DNA of 64,000 nt, from contig JAXCHI010000003.1 in NCBI GenBank assembly GCA_033977065.1, forward strand, positions 416,001 through 480,000, written 5' to 3'. Under the pieces are notes generated by a model. The model saw only the letters and a list, made by a program, of their open reading frames with translations, was not told where the DNA came from and made no database searches. Every line of letters begins with the position of its first letter. The first letter of the stretch is position 1. Shown here in pieces: positions 18,123-29,503 of this stretch. The translations under genes and the position numbers were made by a program. This stretch comes from Candidatus Algichlamydia australiensis (GTDB lineage: Bacteria; Chlamydiota; Chlamydiia; Chlamydiales; JAJFMI01).

Positions 18123-19598
18123 ATGAAAAAAAAGACGGAAGTGATTGGTAGACAAGAGGAAAAAGAAATTTTAGATCGGTTTTTTCAGTCAAATTCACCT
18201 GAGTTTATGGCAATTTACGGTCGTCGTAGGGTTGGAAAAACCTATTTAGTAAAAAATTATTTTACTCAAAAATCGTGTCACTTTTTTAAAGTTACAGGGA
18301 TACACAAAGGTACTATGAGTCAGCAATTGGCAGAGTTCTCGAATGGAATAGGTAGTTCTTTTTTTTACGGCACAAAAATAAAGGGGAAAAATAACTGGTT
18401 TGACGCGTTTGAGGTACTGACTCAGTCAATCCAAAAACAAATTCCCAGGAAGAAAAAAGTCGTACTGTTTTTTGATGAATTTCCTTGGATGGCCACACCA
18501 AAATCAAAATTGTTACAAGCGCTTGAATATTACTGGAATCACTATTGGTCAGAAGACAACAGGATAAAATTGATCATCTGTGGGTCTGCAGTTTCATGGA
18601 TTATCAAAAATATTATTCACAATAAGGGTGGTTTGCATAATAGGTTGACGCGGACGATCCTTCTGGAGCCTATGAGCTTGCGGGAATCAAAAAATTTATT
18701 ACATAGTATGGGGATAAAGTTGAACAACCAACAAGTTGCGCAATTGTATATGGTAACTGGAGGAATCCCCTACTATCTATCTCATGTACCTGCAGGGCTT
18801 TCAGACACCCAGATCATTGAAAGGTTGGCTTTTACTAAAAATGGGCTGTTTTTGACTGAATTTGATAAATTATACTCTTCCCTTTTTGAAAATGCGGCTT
18901 TTTACATAGACATAGTGAAAGCTATTGCTAGTCAAAGGTATGGGATTGACCAGAAAACACTGTTTGAAAAAATAAAAAAAATATCTGGTGGAGGAACAAT
19001 TTCAAAAAAACTCAAAGAATTAGAGGAGGCAGGATTTATTATAAGTTTCGTGCCTTATAAAAATCGTAGAAAAGGAATTTTTTATAAAGTTATTGATGAG
19101 TTTACCTTGTTTTATTTGTACTGGATAGAGCCCATTAAAAAGACATTGCTGAAAAAAGGAACAAGAAAAGGGTATTGGGATAAAACAAGGCAAACAAGCT
19201 CTTGGTCAAGTTGGGCGGGATATGCATATGAAGCGTTATGTTATAAACATCTATTTCAGATTAGCGAGGCGCTTGAGCTTAGCCCTACAGCTCTACCAAG
19301 CACCTGGCAATACATTCCCAAAAAAGGATCTGAAGAATTAGGAGCGCAAATTGATCTTTTATACGACAGAGATGATGGCGTCACAACGATATGTGAAATA
19401 AAATTTACAAAAGAGCCTTTTGCTATCAATAAGGATTATGCCAAAAGACTTCAGAATAAAATGGAAATTTTCCAAAAAAGAACAAAAACTCAAAAACAGC
19501 TATTTCTTGCTATTGTTTCTGCAAAAGGATTAAAAAAGACAATGTATTCAGAAGAAATTGTCGATGCGGTAGTGAGTTTAAGTGATTTGTTCAAATAA
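18123..19598 (+). CDS. AAA/archaeal-type ATPase with wHTH and C-terminal PD-(D/E)xK-like domain
   Basis: GRRRVGKT Walker A, FFDEFPW Walker B, TGGIPYYL, C-terminal QIDLL...ICEIK. Confidence 0.88.
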   Translation: MKKKTEVIGRQEEKEILDRFFQSNSPEFMAIYGRRRVGKTYLVKNYFTQKSCHFFKVTGIHKGTMSQQLAEFSNGIGSSFFYGTKIKGKNNWFDAFEVLTQSIQKQIPRKKKVVLFFDEFPWMATPKSKLLQALEYYWNHYWSEDNRIKLIICGSAVSWIIKNIIHNKGGLHNRLTRTILLEPMSLRESKNLLHSMGIKLNNQQVAQLYMVTGGIPYYLSHVPAGLSDTQIIERLAFTKNGLFLTEFDKLYSSLFENAAFYIDIVKAIASQRYGIDQKTLFEKIKKISGGGTISKKLKELEEAGFIISFVPYKNRRKGIFYKVIDEFTLFYLYWIEPIKKTLLKKGTRKGYWDKTRQTSSWSSWAGYAYEALCYKHLFQISEALELSPTALPSTWQYIPKKGSEELGAQIDLLYDRDDGVTTICEIKFTKEPFAINKDYAKRLQNKMEIFQKRTKTQKQLFLAIVSAKGLKKTMYSEEIVDAVVSLSDLFK

Positions 19599-19606
19599 TC
19601 TCAAGT

Positions 19607-19635
19607 TTGACAAAATTATCTACGAAAACTACCCT
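19607..19635 (+). promoter_or_regulatory. Sigma70-type promoter of groES-groEL
   Basis: TTGACA-N17-TACCCT, then AGGAG before ATG 19664. Confidence 0.6.
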
Positions 19636-19663
19636 ATTTTCTATAGAACCAGGAGTTTATATA

Positions 19664-21557
<1,894 letters not shown>

Positions 21558-21566
21558 AATTAAATA

Positions 21567-22592
21567 ATGGGTAATGTGCAAAAAAATTCACCTTTAAAAA
21601 TTTGTGATACAGTTGTTCAGCCAGGAGAAAGAGTTACACTCGGTCTTCCAACTCCTGAGTTTTATTCCTGCTCCCCCTCTTTTATTCCCATCCATGTTAT
21701 TCATGGCAAAAAATCAGGCCCAACTCTTCTAGTTTGTGCTGCCTCCCATGGTGATGAGATGAATGGTGTTGCTATTATCCAAAAACTGTTGGAGATGCAG
21801 CTTGTCAATAAGATACGCGGAACCTTGATCGCAGTTCCTGTCATCAATGTTTTTGGCCTTATTTCTCGATCACGAAATTTACCAGGGGAGTATGATTTTG
21901 AAGACTCTTTCCCCGGTTCGGAATCAGGCTCTTTTTCTTCTCGATTAGCTCATCGTTTTTCAGAAAAAATATTATCTCTTGCGACTCACTGTATTGACCT
22001 GCAAACAGGAAGCCTGGGAAATTACCGTGTTCCTCAAGTCTACACCGATACGGACCATGATGAAGCTTTTACTATGGCGCGCTCTTTCGCAGCTCCTATC
22101 ATTATGCATACAAAATCTGATAGGGGTATGCTCTGGAAACTGCAAAGAGAGAACTCAATTCCAACGCTCGTCTATGAGTCTGGAGAATCGTCTCGGATGG
22201 ATGAACCTTCGATCACTGTTGGGGCTAAAGGGGTTGTTCGTGTGATGCGAGATTTGGGGATGATTGGGTTGAGAAAAAATGAGGTGAAAGAGAAAAAATC
22301 TGTTGTTATCCGCAGCACTCAGCTTTTGCGTTCTCCTTGCTCAGGGATTTTCTTTTTAAAGAAAAAACTGGGATCCTCTATCCGTAAAAATGATGTGATT
22401 GCCTCTATTGTAGATCCGTTTGGTGCAGGGAAAAAACGGGAAGTGACGTCAAACCAAGACGGCGTTATGATCGCTGCTAGTTTTCACCCTCTTGTTAGTG
22501 AAGGAGAGCCGATCGTTCACCTAGGAAAAACGGAGTATGAAGAGAGCCATAATATTTTTCCCGATAGCCAGAATATAGGCCCTATCGTATGA
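21567..22592 (+). CDS. Succinylglutamate desuccinylase/aspartoacylase-family (M14-like) protein
   Basis: GPTLLV...HGDEMNG, VPVINVFG, SFPG, YESG, C-terminal barrel domain. Confidence 0.85.
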   Translation: MGNVQKNSPLKICDTVVQPGERVTLGLPTPEFYSCSPSFIPIHVIHGKKSGPTLLVCAASHGDEMNGVAIIQKLLEMQLVNKIRGTLIAVPVINVFGLISRSRNLPGEYDFEDSFPGSESGSFSSRLAHRFSEKILSLATHCIDLQTGSLGNYRVPQVYTDTDHDEAFTMARSFAAPIIMHTKSDRGMLWKLQRENSIPTLVYESGESSRMDEPSITVGAKGVVRVMRDLGMIGLRKNEVKEKKSVVIRSTQLLRSPCSGIFFLKKKLGSSIRKNDVIASIVDPFGAGKKREVTSNQDGVMIAASFHPLVSEGEPIVHLGKTEYEESHNIFPDSQNIGPIV

Positions 22593-23866
22593 AAAAAGTT
22601 ACTTTTTCTGGCGTGGCTATATGGGTAGTTGGACTGCTCTTTTATCTATTTGAATTTTTTCTTGGCGTTTTTCCTGGTACAATAGCCCCAGAACTCATGG
22701 AGTCCTTTTCTATTAATGCAGAAGAGTTTGCAATTGTAGGAGCGGGGTATTATATCGTTTATGGATTAATGCAAGTTCCTGTTGGACTTCTGGTAAAAAA
22801 ATTTGGAACACGCCTTGTACTCACGTTTGCTTCCTCGATCTGTACATTGGGAACCCTTTGGTTTAGCTTTACAACCAGCTTTATTTCTGCTCTTTTTTCC
22901 AGAATGATGATGGGTTTTGGTGCCTCTTTTGGTTTTGTGTCCATGCTGGTACTGGTATTGAATTGGTTCCCTCGAAAAAACTTCGGTCTCTTCTCAGGAT
23001 TAAGCCAGCTAGTCGGAACAGTTGGGCCAATTTTAGCGGGAGGGCCTCTTGCTTTCCTTTTGCGCTCTTTAGGGGGGGATTGGCAACTCATTTTAAGGGG
23101 GTTTGCAGCTGTGGGGGCGACTATTACAGTGCTGATTTATTTAGTCGTTCGAAACAAACCAGATCGGGCAAAAAATACTCTTGTCTACCTCACGCCTTCA
23201 CACTCACTGCGAAAAGATTTGAAAAATTTATTAAAGCGAAGACGGGTGTGGTTTATTGTTTTATATGCAGGCATTGTTTACAGTTCCGCACCCCTTTTGG
23301 GCGCTTATTGGGGAACAACTTTTCTGGCAACGAAGGGGTATTCAAAAGAGATAGCAGCCTCGATTATCTCGCTTATTTGGTTGGGAATGGCCATAGGCTC
23401 TCCTACATGGGGGTGGTTGTCAGATAGAGTTAAGAGGCGAAAGAGCGTTCTCTCTCTTGCCGCCTTAATAGGGCTCGTTTCATCGTCTCTTCTCTTCTTT
23501 CCTATCAACCAAGAGTTTATTTTGATTGCGGTTATTTTTTTTCTTGGTCTCGCTTCAGCTGGACAAGCCCTCTCCTTTGCAAGTGCGACCGAAACAGTGC
23601 CAACAGCCCTCCACTCTGCCTGTATTGGACTCAATAATTGCTTAGTTATCTTATGTAGCTCCTTTGTTCCTCCCTTTTGTAGCTCAATTATTCAATCTGC
23701 CTCACCAACAATCAATGGAGTAGTGACCTATACTGAAGAGAGTTTTACTAAAGGACTGGCCATCATTCCCATTCTTTTTCTTTTAGCTTTTTTAATAAGT
23801 ACTTTTTTAATCAAAGAGACTTTTTGTCGACAACAGCATGAAGTGCATCTGAACAATAACTCTTGA
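22589..23866 (+). CDS. MFS transporter
   Basis: About 12 TM segments; GWLSDRVKRRK motif-A repeat. Confidence 0.9.
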   Translation: MKKVTFSGVAIWVVGLLFYLFEFFLGVFPGTIAPELMESFSINAEEFAIVGAGYYIVYGLMQVPVGLLVKKFGTRLVLTFASSICTLGTLWFSFTTSFISALFSRMMMGFGASFGFVSMLVLVLNWFPRKNFGLFSGLSQLVGTVGPILAGGPLAFLLRSLGGDWQLILRGFAAVGATITVLIYLVVRNKPDRAKNTLVYLTPSHSLRKDLKNLLKRRRVWFIVLYAGIVYSSAPLLGAYWGTTFLATKGYSKEIAASIISLIWLGMAIGSPTWGWLSDRVKRRKSVLSLAALIGLVSSSLLFFPINQEFILIAVIFFLGLASAGQALSFASATETVPTALHSACIGLNNCLVILCSSFVPPFCSSIIQSASPTINGVVTYTEESFTKGLAIIPILFLLAFLISTFLIKETFCRQQHEVHLNNNS

Positions 23867-23883
23867 ACTAGATAGCCCAATCG

Positions 23884-23932
23884 CGAGGCTTTGACGTTAA
23901 AAAGAATAGCAAAATTTTCTGTTACAGAGTAC
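23884..23932. repeat. 49-bp dispersed repeat, copy 1 (overlaps prmA 3' end)
   Basis: The 25-mer CGAGGCTTTGACGTTAAAAAGAATA is identical at 54957; 44/49 identity overall. Confidence 0.75.
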
Positions 23933-24499
23933 GTAGCACGACCATCCCTCTAAAACTTCGCGCTTTGTGAAATGCAAATTCCAACTTTGCAAAAGACCCA
24001 AATACTCTCTGTGCTGCTCTTCCAAAATGCCGGAGGTAATCCAAATAGCTGGTTGATTATGCAAACAGGAGTTCATCTGCCAGGCAACTTCTTGTTCGGA
24101 GCTAATCATATTCATCAAAATGAGCAGCTCGCCCTTCGGAAGTTTTTCTAGTTTTTCAAACGTCTCGATTTGCACGCCATTGCATTTCGCATTGGCGCGT
24201 GTATGGCGCCGTGCCTCTTCGCAAATATCAAGACCATAAACTTTTTTTGCCCCTAGTTTTGCAGCAGCTACACTTAAAATCCCACTGCCACACCCAATGT
24301 CTATAACAACCCTATTTTTTACTTGATAAGGCAATAACTGTAGCATTAGCCGTGTAGTTGGATGAGAGAGATCGCCAAAGCCTCCACCAGCTACAAGTGA
24401 GAGCGACTGCTCACCAACCTCTACTTGTAAAATCCCATCTTTAAAACCTGGAGCGAAGGCTTGCCACTGCTCTTCCCAATTTACATCCGATAAATCCAT
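23897..24499 (-). CDS. prmA: Ribosomal protein L11 methyltransferase-like (short form)
   Basis: NWEEQW, GFGDLSHPTT, DIGCGSGILS, SGIL; lacks the usual N-terminal domain. Confidence 0.8.
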   Translation of the reverse strand: MDLSDVNWEEQWQAFAPGFKDGILQVEVGEQSLSLVAGGGFGDLSHPTTRLMLQLLPYQVKNRVVIDIGCGSGILSVAAAKLGAKKVYGLDICEEARRHTRANAKCNGVQIETFEKLEKLPKGELLILMNMISSEQEVAWQMNSCLHNQPAIWITSGILEEQHREYLGLLQSWNLHFTKREVLEGWSCYVLCNRKFCYSF

Positions 24500-24536
24500 G
24501 AAGACAGTATAGCGGTTTTCTGCTATTTTTCATGGG

Positions 24537-26288
24537 ATGGATAAAGAGAAATTGAATTTGAAAGGGTTTTTCTGGAAGCTATGCTCTCAACATAAGCTCT
24601 CTCTTTTCTGTTTTGCATTCTGTGCAGGGTTTGTTGGTTTACATGGGCTTATTAATTCTTTTTTCATAAAAAAAATAATAGATGCGCTTAGTAAATCGAA
24701 TTCCAATTTTTTGCTTGGAATAGGTGTTTGTGTAACCTTAAATTTTGAGTTGCATAATCTTTGTTGGCGAGCGATAAACTATCTTACTTTGAAAAAGGCG
24801 CCATTAATCAAGAGCCGAATTATAGAAAAGGCTTTTGCTGATGTGCACAATCAACCAGTACAGTTTTTCGATGAGCAGCTCTCCGGGTCTGTTGCAAATG
24901 ACATAAAGGTGCTGGCTGATGAAACAGAAAAAGTGTTTTTTTCTATTTCCATTCGTCTTATTAGAGGGATTGTTCAATTTGTTGCTGCTCTCATCTCCAT
25001 GTACTTCGTTCATTTGATTTTTTCAGTCGTACTGCTTGTTTGGGCATCTGTTTTTGTCTCAGTTAGTCTGTTTTTTTCTCGTAAAATAGTCGGGTTTTCC
25101 GATAGTTATGCAAAAATTCAGTCGCAAGCTTCTGGAAGGATATTTGATAGCATATCAAATTTTTTTACAGTGAAGATTTTTTCCAGAGAAAAAGAGGAGA
25201 TAGGAGCGTTAAAGTCTCTTTTAATGAAAGTGAAGAGCAGTTTTCAAAAGCGCGGTTGGTTTCTGCTTAAGTTTTACTTTGCACAAGGATTTTCCATTAC
25301 TGCTTTAATTGGTGCGATGATCTTTTTTTTGATTCGCTTTCAAATTAAAGGTTTAATTACTGTAGGAGAGTTTGCCTATATTTTAGGAGCAACATTTTAC
25401 GTAACAGAGTACCTATGGACTTTTACAGAAAACCTCGATCAAATAAATGATGCTCTAGGAAACTGTCAGCACTCTTATAGCTCTCTCTTATCTCTAGCAA
25501 AAAAAGAGCAAAGGAAAGATTTAGTCATAAAAAAAGGGGGAATCTCCTTTCAAAATTTACACTTCTCTTATGAATCTTTTCCTCTTTTTACGGGGTTATC
25601 AATAGAAATTGCTGCAGGTGAAAAAGTGGGCATTGTGGGCCGTAGTGGGAGTGGAAAAACAACCTTTGCAAAATTGATTTTGCATCTTTATGAACTCCAA
25701 TCAGGCGCAATTTTTATTGATGGGCAAGATATAAGTGAGATTTCGCTTAGTAGTCTGCGTCAATCGATCTCTTTAATTCCACAAATCCCATCTCTTTTTA
25801 ACCGCACCATTTGGGAAAATATTGCTTACAGCAAACAGAATGCATCGATGGCAGATGTAGTAGAAGCGGCAAAACGTGCGCAGATTCACGACTTTATTGT
25901 TGGATTGCCAAATGGGTATGAGACAGTTGTTGGTGAACAAGGAATAAGGCTCTCTGGCGGACAAAGACAAAGGGTTGCGCTTGCTCGAGGGTTTATAAAG
26001 CAAGCCCCCATTTTGATTTTAGATGAGGCGACCTCGCAGCTTGATTCCATCACGGAAAAAGCGATTCAGAAAGAGCTCTTTTCTATGATGGATGGAAGAA
26101 CAACGATTGTGATTGCTCACCGCCTTTCTACTCTCTCAAAAATGGATCGTATTTTAGTCTTTGATAGAGGGAAAATTATTGAAGAGGGTACACACGCACA
26201 GATGCTCAAAAAAAGAGGAGTGTACCACGCTTTATGGGCAGCGCAATCTTCCGATAGGAAAGTTTTAGAGAATATGTATAATGTTTAA
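24537..26288 (+). CDS. ABC exporter, fused TMD-NBD
   Basis: N-terminal TM helices, GRSGSGKT, LSGGQRQR, LILDEATS, IAHRLST. Confidence 0.93.
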   Translation: MDKEKLNLKGFFWKLCSQHKLSLFCFAFCAGFVGLHGLINSFFIKKIIDALSKSNSNFLLGIGVCVTLNFELHNLCWRAINYLTLKKAPLIKSRIIEKAFADVHNQPVQFFDEQLSGSVANDIKVLADETEKVFFSISIRLIRGIVQFVAALISMYFVHLIFSVVLLVWASVFVSVSLFFSRKIVGFSDSYAKIQSQASGRIFDSISNFFTVKIFSREKEEIGALKSLLMKVKSSFQKRGWFLLKFYFAQGFSITALIGAMIFFLIRFQIKGLITVGEFAYILGATFYVTEYLWTFTENLDQINDALGNCQHSYSSLLSLAKKEQRKDLVIKKGGISFQNLHFSYESFPLFTGLSIEIAAGEKVGIVGRSGSGKTTFAKLILHLYELQSGAIFIDGQDISEISLSSLRQSISLIPQIPSLFNRTIWENIAYSKQNASMADVVEAAKRAQIHDFIVGLPNGYETVVGEQGIRLSGGQRQRVALARGFIKQAPILILDEATSQLDSITEKAIQKELFSMMDGRTTIVIAHRLSTLSKMDRILVFDRGKIIEEGTHAQMLKKRGVYHALWAAQSSDRKVLENMYNV

Positions 26289-26293
26289 CTTAA

Positions 26294-27457
26294 ATGTTTA
26301 AACAAATCTCTCTTTTAGGTCTTGGCCATATTGGGTTGCCGACTGCTTTGCTTCTTGCGTGTAGTGGTTTTTCTGTACATGGTACTGATTGCAATCCAGA
26401 AGTTGTTGAGAGACTACTTCTTGGTAAGCTCTCTTATCCTGAGAAGGGTTTAAGAGACCTTCTCTTAACAAGTCTTTCTAATGGTTCCTTAACTATTTCG
26501 CAACAGACCAAGCCGGCAGAAGTGGTTCTTGTTGCTGTCCCCACTCCGCTAGGACCAAACTGTTTACCCGATCTCTCATCTGTTTACCAAGCAATTGATG
26601 CTACCGCTCCTTTTTTAGACCAACTAAAACTTCTGATTATTGAATCAACCTGTCCGATTGGCACAACAGATACGATTGCCAAGCAGTTAAGAAAAATTTC
26701 TCCCAATCTGGCAGTTGCTTACTGTCCGGAGAGAGTTCTTCCAGGTAATATTCTTGAAGAGCTTTTGAATAATGATCGTGTAGTTGGTGGCGTCGATAAA
26801 AACTCTTCTGAGCTCGCAGCAAAATTTTACCACTCTTTTGTTCGGGGAAGTGTGGGCAAAACAGATGCAAGGACAGCAGAAGCGGTCAAACTTGCAGAAA
26901 ATAGTTTTCGAGATCTAAACATCGCTTTTGCAAACGAGCTTTCGATGATAGCAGATGAATTAAATTTTGATACTGAAGAGGTTATCACTCTTGCTAATCG
27001 CCATCCAAGAGTAAATATTTTGCAACCAGGTGTTGGTGTAGGTGGGCATTGTCTTCCTGTTGATCCCTACTTTATCATTTCATCAGTGCCCGAGCAGGCA
27101 AATATGATGCGTGAAGCGCGACGAACAAATGAGAAGAAGACAGAGTGGGTGATTCAGAAGGTACGAGATGAGGCAAAAAAGCATGGTGTTAGTACAATTG
27201 CCTGTTTTGGACAGACGTATAAACCCGGTGTTTCAGATTTTCGAGGCTCTCCAGCAGCAAAAATTTCTGATGCTTTAGAAAATGACTTTGATGTGCTCCG
27301 TGTTGATCCATTTCTTGAAAGCTCCCCTTCTGTTGGAGATGCAGTTGAGAAGGCAGATCTTTTGTTGGGCCTTGTGGCGCATAAGGATTTTCGGCAAATC
27401 TCTTCAGAAAAACTTCGAAAAAAAATTGTATTAGACTTTATGGGAGTCTTTTCGTGA
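26294..27457 (+). CDS. wecC: UDP-N-acetyl-D-mannosamine dehydrogenase
   Basis: GLGHIGLPTA, AVPTP, IESTCP, CPERVLPG, KLAENSFRD, GVGGHC. Confidence 0.88.
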   Translation: MFKQISLLGLGHIGLPTALLLACSGFSVHGTDCNPEVVERLLLGKLSYPEKGLRDLLLTSLSNGSLTISQQTKPAEVVLVAVPTPLGPNCLPDLSSVYQAIDATAPFLDQLKLLIIESTCPIGTTDTIAKQLRKISPNLAVAYCPERVLPGNILEELLNNDRVVGGVDKNSSELAAKFYHSFVRGSVGKTDARTAEAVKLAENSFRDLNIAFANELSMIADELNFDTEEVITLANRHPRVNILQPGVGVGGHCLPVDPYFIISSVPEQANMMREARRTNEKKTEWVIQKVRDEAKKHGVSTIACFGQTYKPGVSDFRGSPAAKISDALENDFDVLRVDPFLESSPSVGDAVEKADLLLGLVAHKDFRQISSEKLRKKIVLDFMGVFS

Positions 27458-28560
27458 AAAAAATTTTAGCTTTGGTTGGAACACGCCCTGAAGTGATTAA
27501 AGTTTTTCCAGTTGTTGAAGCTCTGCAAAAGCGAAAAGGTATTCTTTGCGAAGTAGCCTTTACAGGACAACACTTAGACTTGGTTATGCCAATTGCACAG
27601 GAGTTAGGGCTATTTTTTTCTCATACTCTTTCTGGTCCCAAAAAAGAAGCAACACTTTCGATGTCAGCCTCAACAATAATGCAGCAAGTAGCAGAGCTTT
27701 TAGAGCAGACAAAACCAGATGTTGTTCTTGTTCAGGGAGATACGACAACAGCGTTTTCTGGAGCACTTGCTGCCTTTTATGCAAAAATCCCAATTGTGCA
27801 CGTAGAGGCAGGTTTGCGTACCTACGACTTGCACGCACCTTTTCCTGAAGAGATGCATCGTGTAGTCATTGACCAACTCGCTTCGATTTTATTTGCACCA
27901 ACTTCAAAAGCTCGGGACAATCTTCTCGAAAAAGGAGTGTTGGACGAAAATATTTGGGTTGTTGGAAATAGTGCAATTGATGCAGTTCGCAAGGTTTATA
28001 AACCCCCGGAAAAAGTCTATCCGCAAATAGTATTGACCATTCATAGACGTGAAAACCAAGGCGTGTACCTTGAAAAAATTTGTGCCGGTGTCAGAAAAGT
28101 AGCAAAGGCTTTTCCCAATTATAAAATCTTAGTCTTCCTTCATCCTAATCCTGAAGTAAATAAGCCGATACGCACCTCTCTTCAGGGGATATCCAATATT
28201 ACTTTTTCTCCTCCTGCAGAGTATTCAGATTTTATTTCACACCTCTCTCGCTCTCTCTTCATTGTTACAGACTCCGGAGGAATTCAAGAAGAGGCGGCAT
28301 TTCTTGGAAAGCCCGTTCTTGTTTTGCGCGAAAAAACAGAGCGAGAGGAGGGGGTAAGAGCGTTAACAGCCAAAATTATTGGAAGGGATGAGCAGGAAAT
28401 TTTTTCCTCTTGCAAGGAACTGCTTGAGGATCAAGAAAAAATTAGCGGGATGGCGAAGGTTCACTACTCTTATGGAGATGGGTATGCAGGAGAGAGGATG
28501 GCAAAAATTATCGAAGAGCAGGTGTTGGAGATAGAAAATGAAACTCCTCTTTTTTGCTGA
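27454..28560 (+). CDS. wecB: UDP-N-acetylglucosamine 2-epimerase (non-hydrolysing)
   Basis: GTRPEVIK, VQGDTTT, HVEAGLR, PFPEE, HRREN, TDSGGIQEEA. Confidence 0.95.
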   Translation: MKKILALVGTRPEVIKVFPVVEALQKRKGILCEVAFTGQHLDLVMPIAQELGLFFSHTLSGPKKEATLSMSASTIMQQVAELLEQTKPDVVLVQGDTTTAFSGALAAFYAKIPIVHVEAGLRTYDLHAPFPEEMHRVVIDQLASILFAPTSKARDNLLEKGVLDENIWVVGNSAIDAVRKVYKPPEKVYPQIVLTIHRRENQGVYLEKICAGVRKVAKAFPNYKILVFLHPNPEVNKPIRTSLQGISNITFSPPAEYSDFISHLSRSLFIVTDSGGIQEEAAFLGKPVLVLREKTEREEGVRALTAKIIGRDEQEIFSSCKELLEDQEKISGMAKVHYSYGDGYAGERMAKIIEEQVLEIENETPLFC

Positions 28561-29503
28561 TCGCTTACCTCCTCTTACAGGAGGAGTAGAGATGCATGCA
28601 CGCTATTTTTTAGAACATTTTCCTGTTCAGGAAATTGTTAAAAAGGGGATGCCAACAGAAGAAGGAGACATTCTTTTTTTTAATAGTGGGAGGTGGATTG
28701 AGGAGTTGCGAATTTTGAGAAAGCGCTTCCCAAAAGCAAAGTTTGTTTATCGAACAGGGGGCAACGAAATTCTAAAAGCCCCTCTTGAGAAAAAAGTAAT
28801 TTCAAACCATAAGCTGCGGCAAAAATTTTGGGCTCAGGAGATAAATGCTACAATTGATTGCCTGATTACAAACTCAAAATATACGGAAGACAGGTTAAGA
28901 GAGATTGGGATTAAGGTCCCATTTAAACGTGTCGTAGGAGGGGTGAACACGCATGCATTGAAACAGAGAAGAAACGTAAATAAACCTATTACCCTTTTCT
29001 GCTCTGCGCGTTTTGTCCCATATAAAAACCATCATCTCCTCATCACATCATTTCAAGAGCTTCTACGTCGTGGTTATGAGCTAGAGCTGCGCCTAGCAGG
29101 CGATGGCCCTCTGTTAAATAAAATGAAGAACCTGGCGTGCGAAAACCTGAAGTTTTTAGGAGAACTTTCTAATGAAGAGAGTTGTAGAGAAATCGCCCAG
29201 GCAGACATCTATATTCAGCTCAGTTGCAATCACTTAACTAAAGTGCCAGGAGGGTCTTATATTCATTCTGAAGGTATGGGACGATCTTTTTTAGAGGCGA
29301 TCACTGCCGGCACCTTTATTATTGCAGGTCGTAGTGGAGCTCTTGAAGAAATTATTTACGGGGACCGAGGAAAGATTATTGACTTTGATAAGGTTGCTGA
29401 TCAAATGGAACCCTATCTCAAAAAGCCATTTGAGAAAAACCCGTTTACCGACGAGTACAGCTGGAAAAATGTCTTTAAAAAATATGAGGAGATTTTCTCA
29501 TGA
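28538..29503 (+). CDS. Glycosyltransferase family 4
   Basis: GGVEMH, ARFVPYKN, AGDGP, EGMGRSFLEA (EX7E). Confidence 0.85.
   Translation: MKLLFFADRLPPLTGGVEMHARYFLEHFPVQEIVKKGMPTEEGDILFFNSGRWIEELRILRKRFPKAKFVYRTGGNEILKAPLEKKVISNHKLRQKFWAQEINATIDCLITNSKYTEDRLREIGIKVPFKRVVGGVNTHALKQRRNVNKPITLFCSARFVPYKNHHLLITSFQELLRRGYELELRLAGDGPLLNKMKNLACENLKFLGELSNEESCREIAQADIYIQLSCNHLTKVPGGSYIHSEGMGRSFLEAITAGTFIIAGRSGALEEIIYGDRGKIIDFDKVADQMEPYLKKPFEKNPFTDEYSWKNVFKKYEEIFS

Noticed and set aside
26294..28560. Enterobacterial common antigen locus
   Set aside because: Only wecB and wecC homologues are present; wecA, wecG, wecF, wzxE and wzyE are absent.
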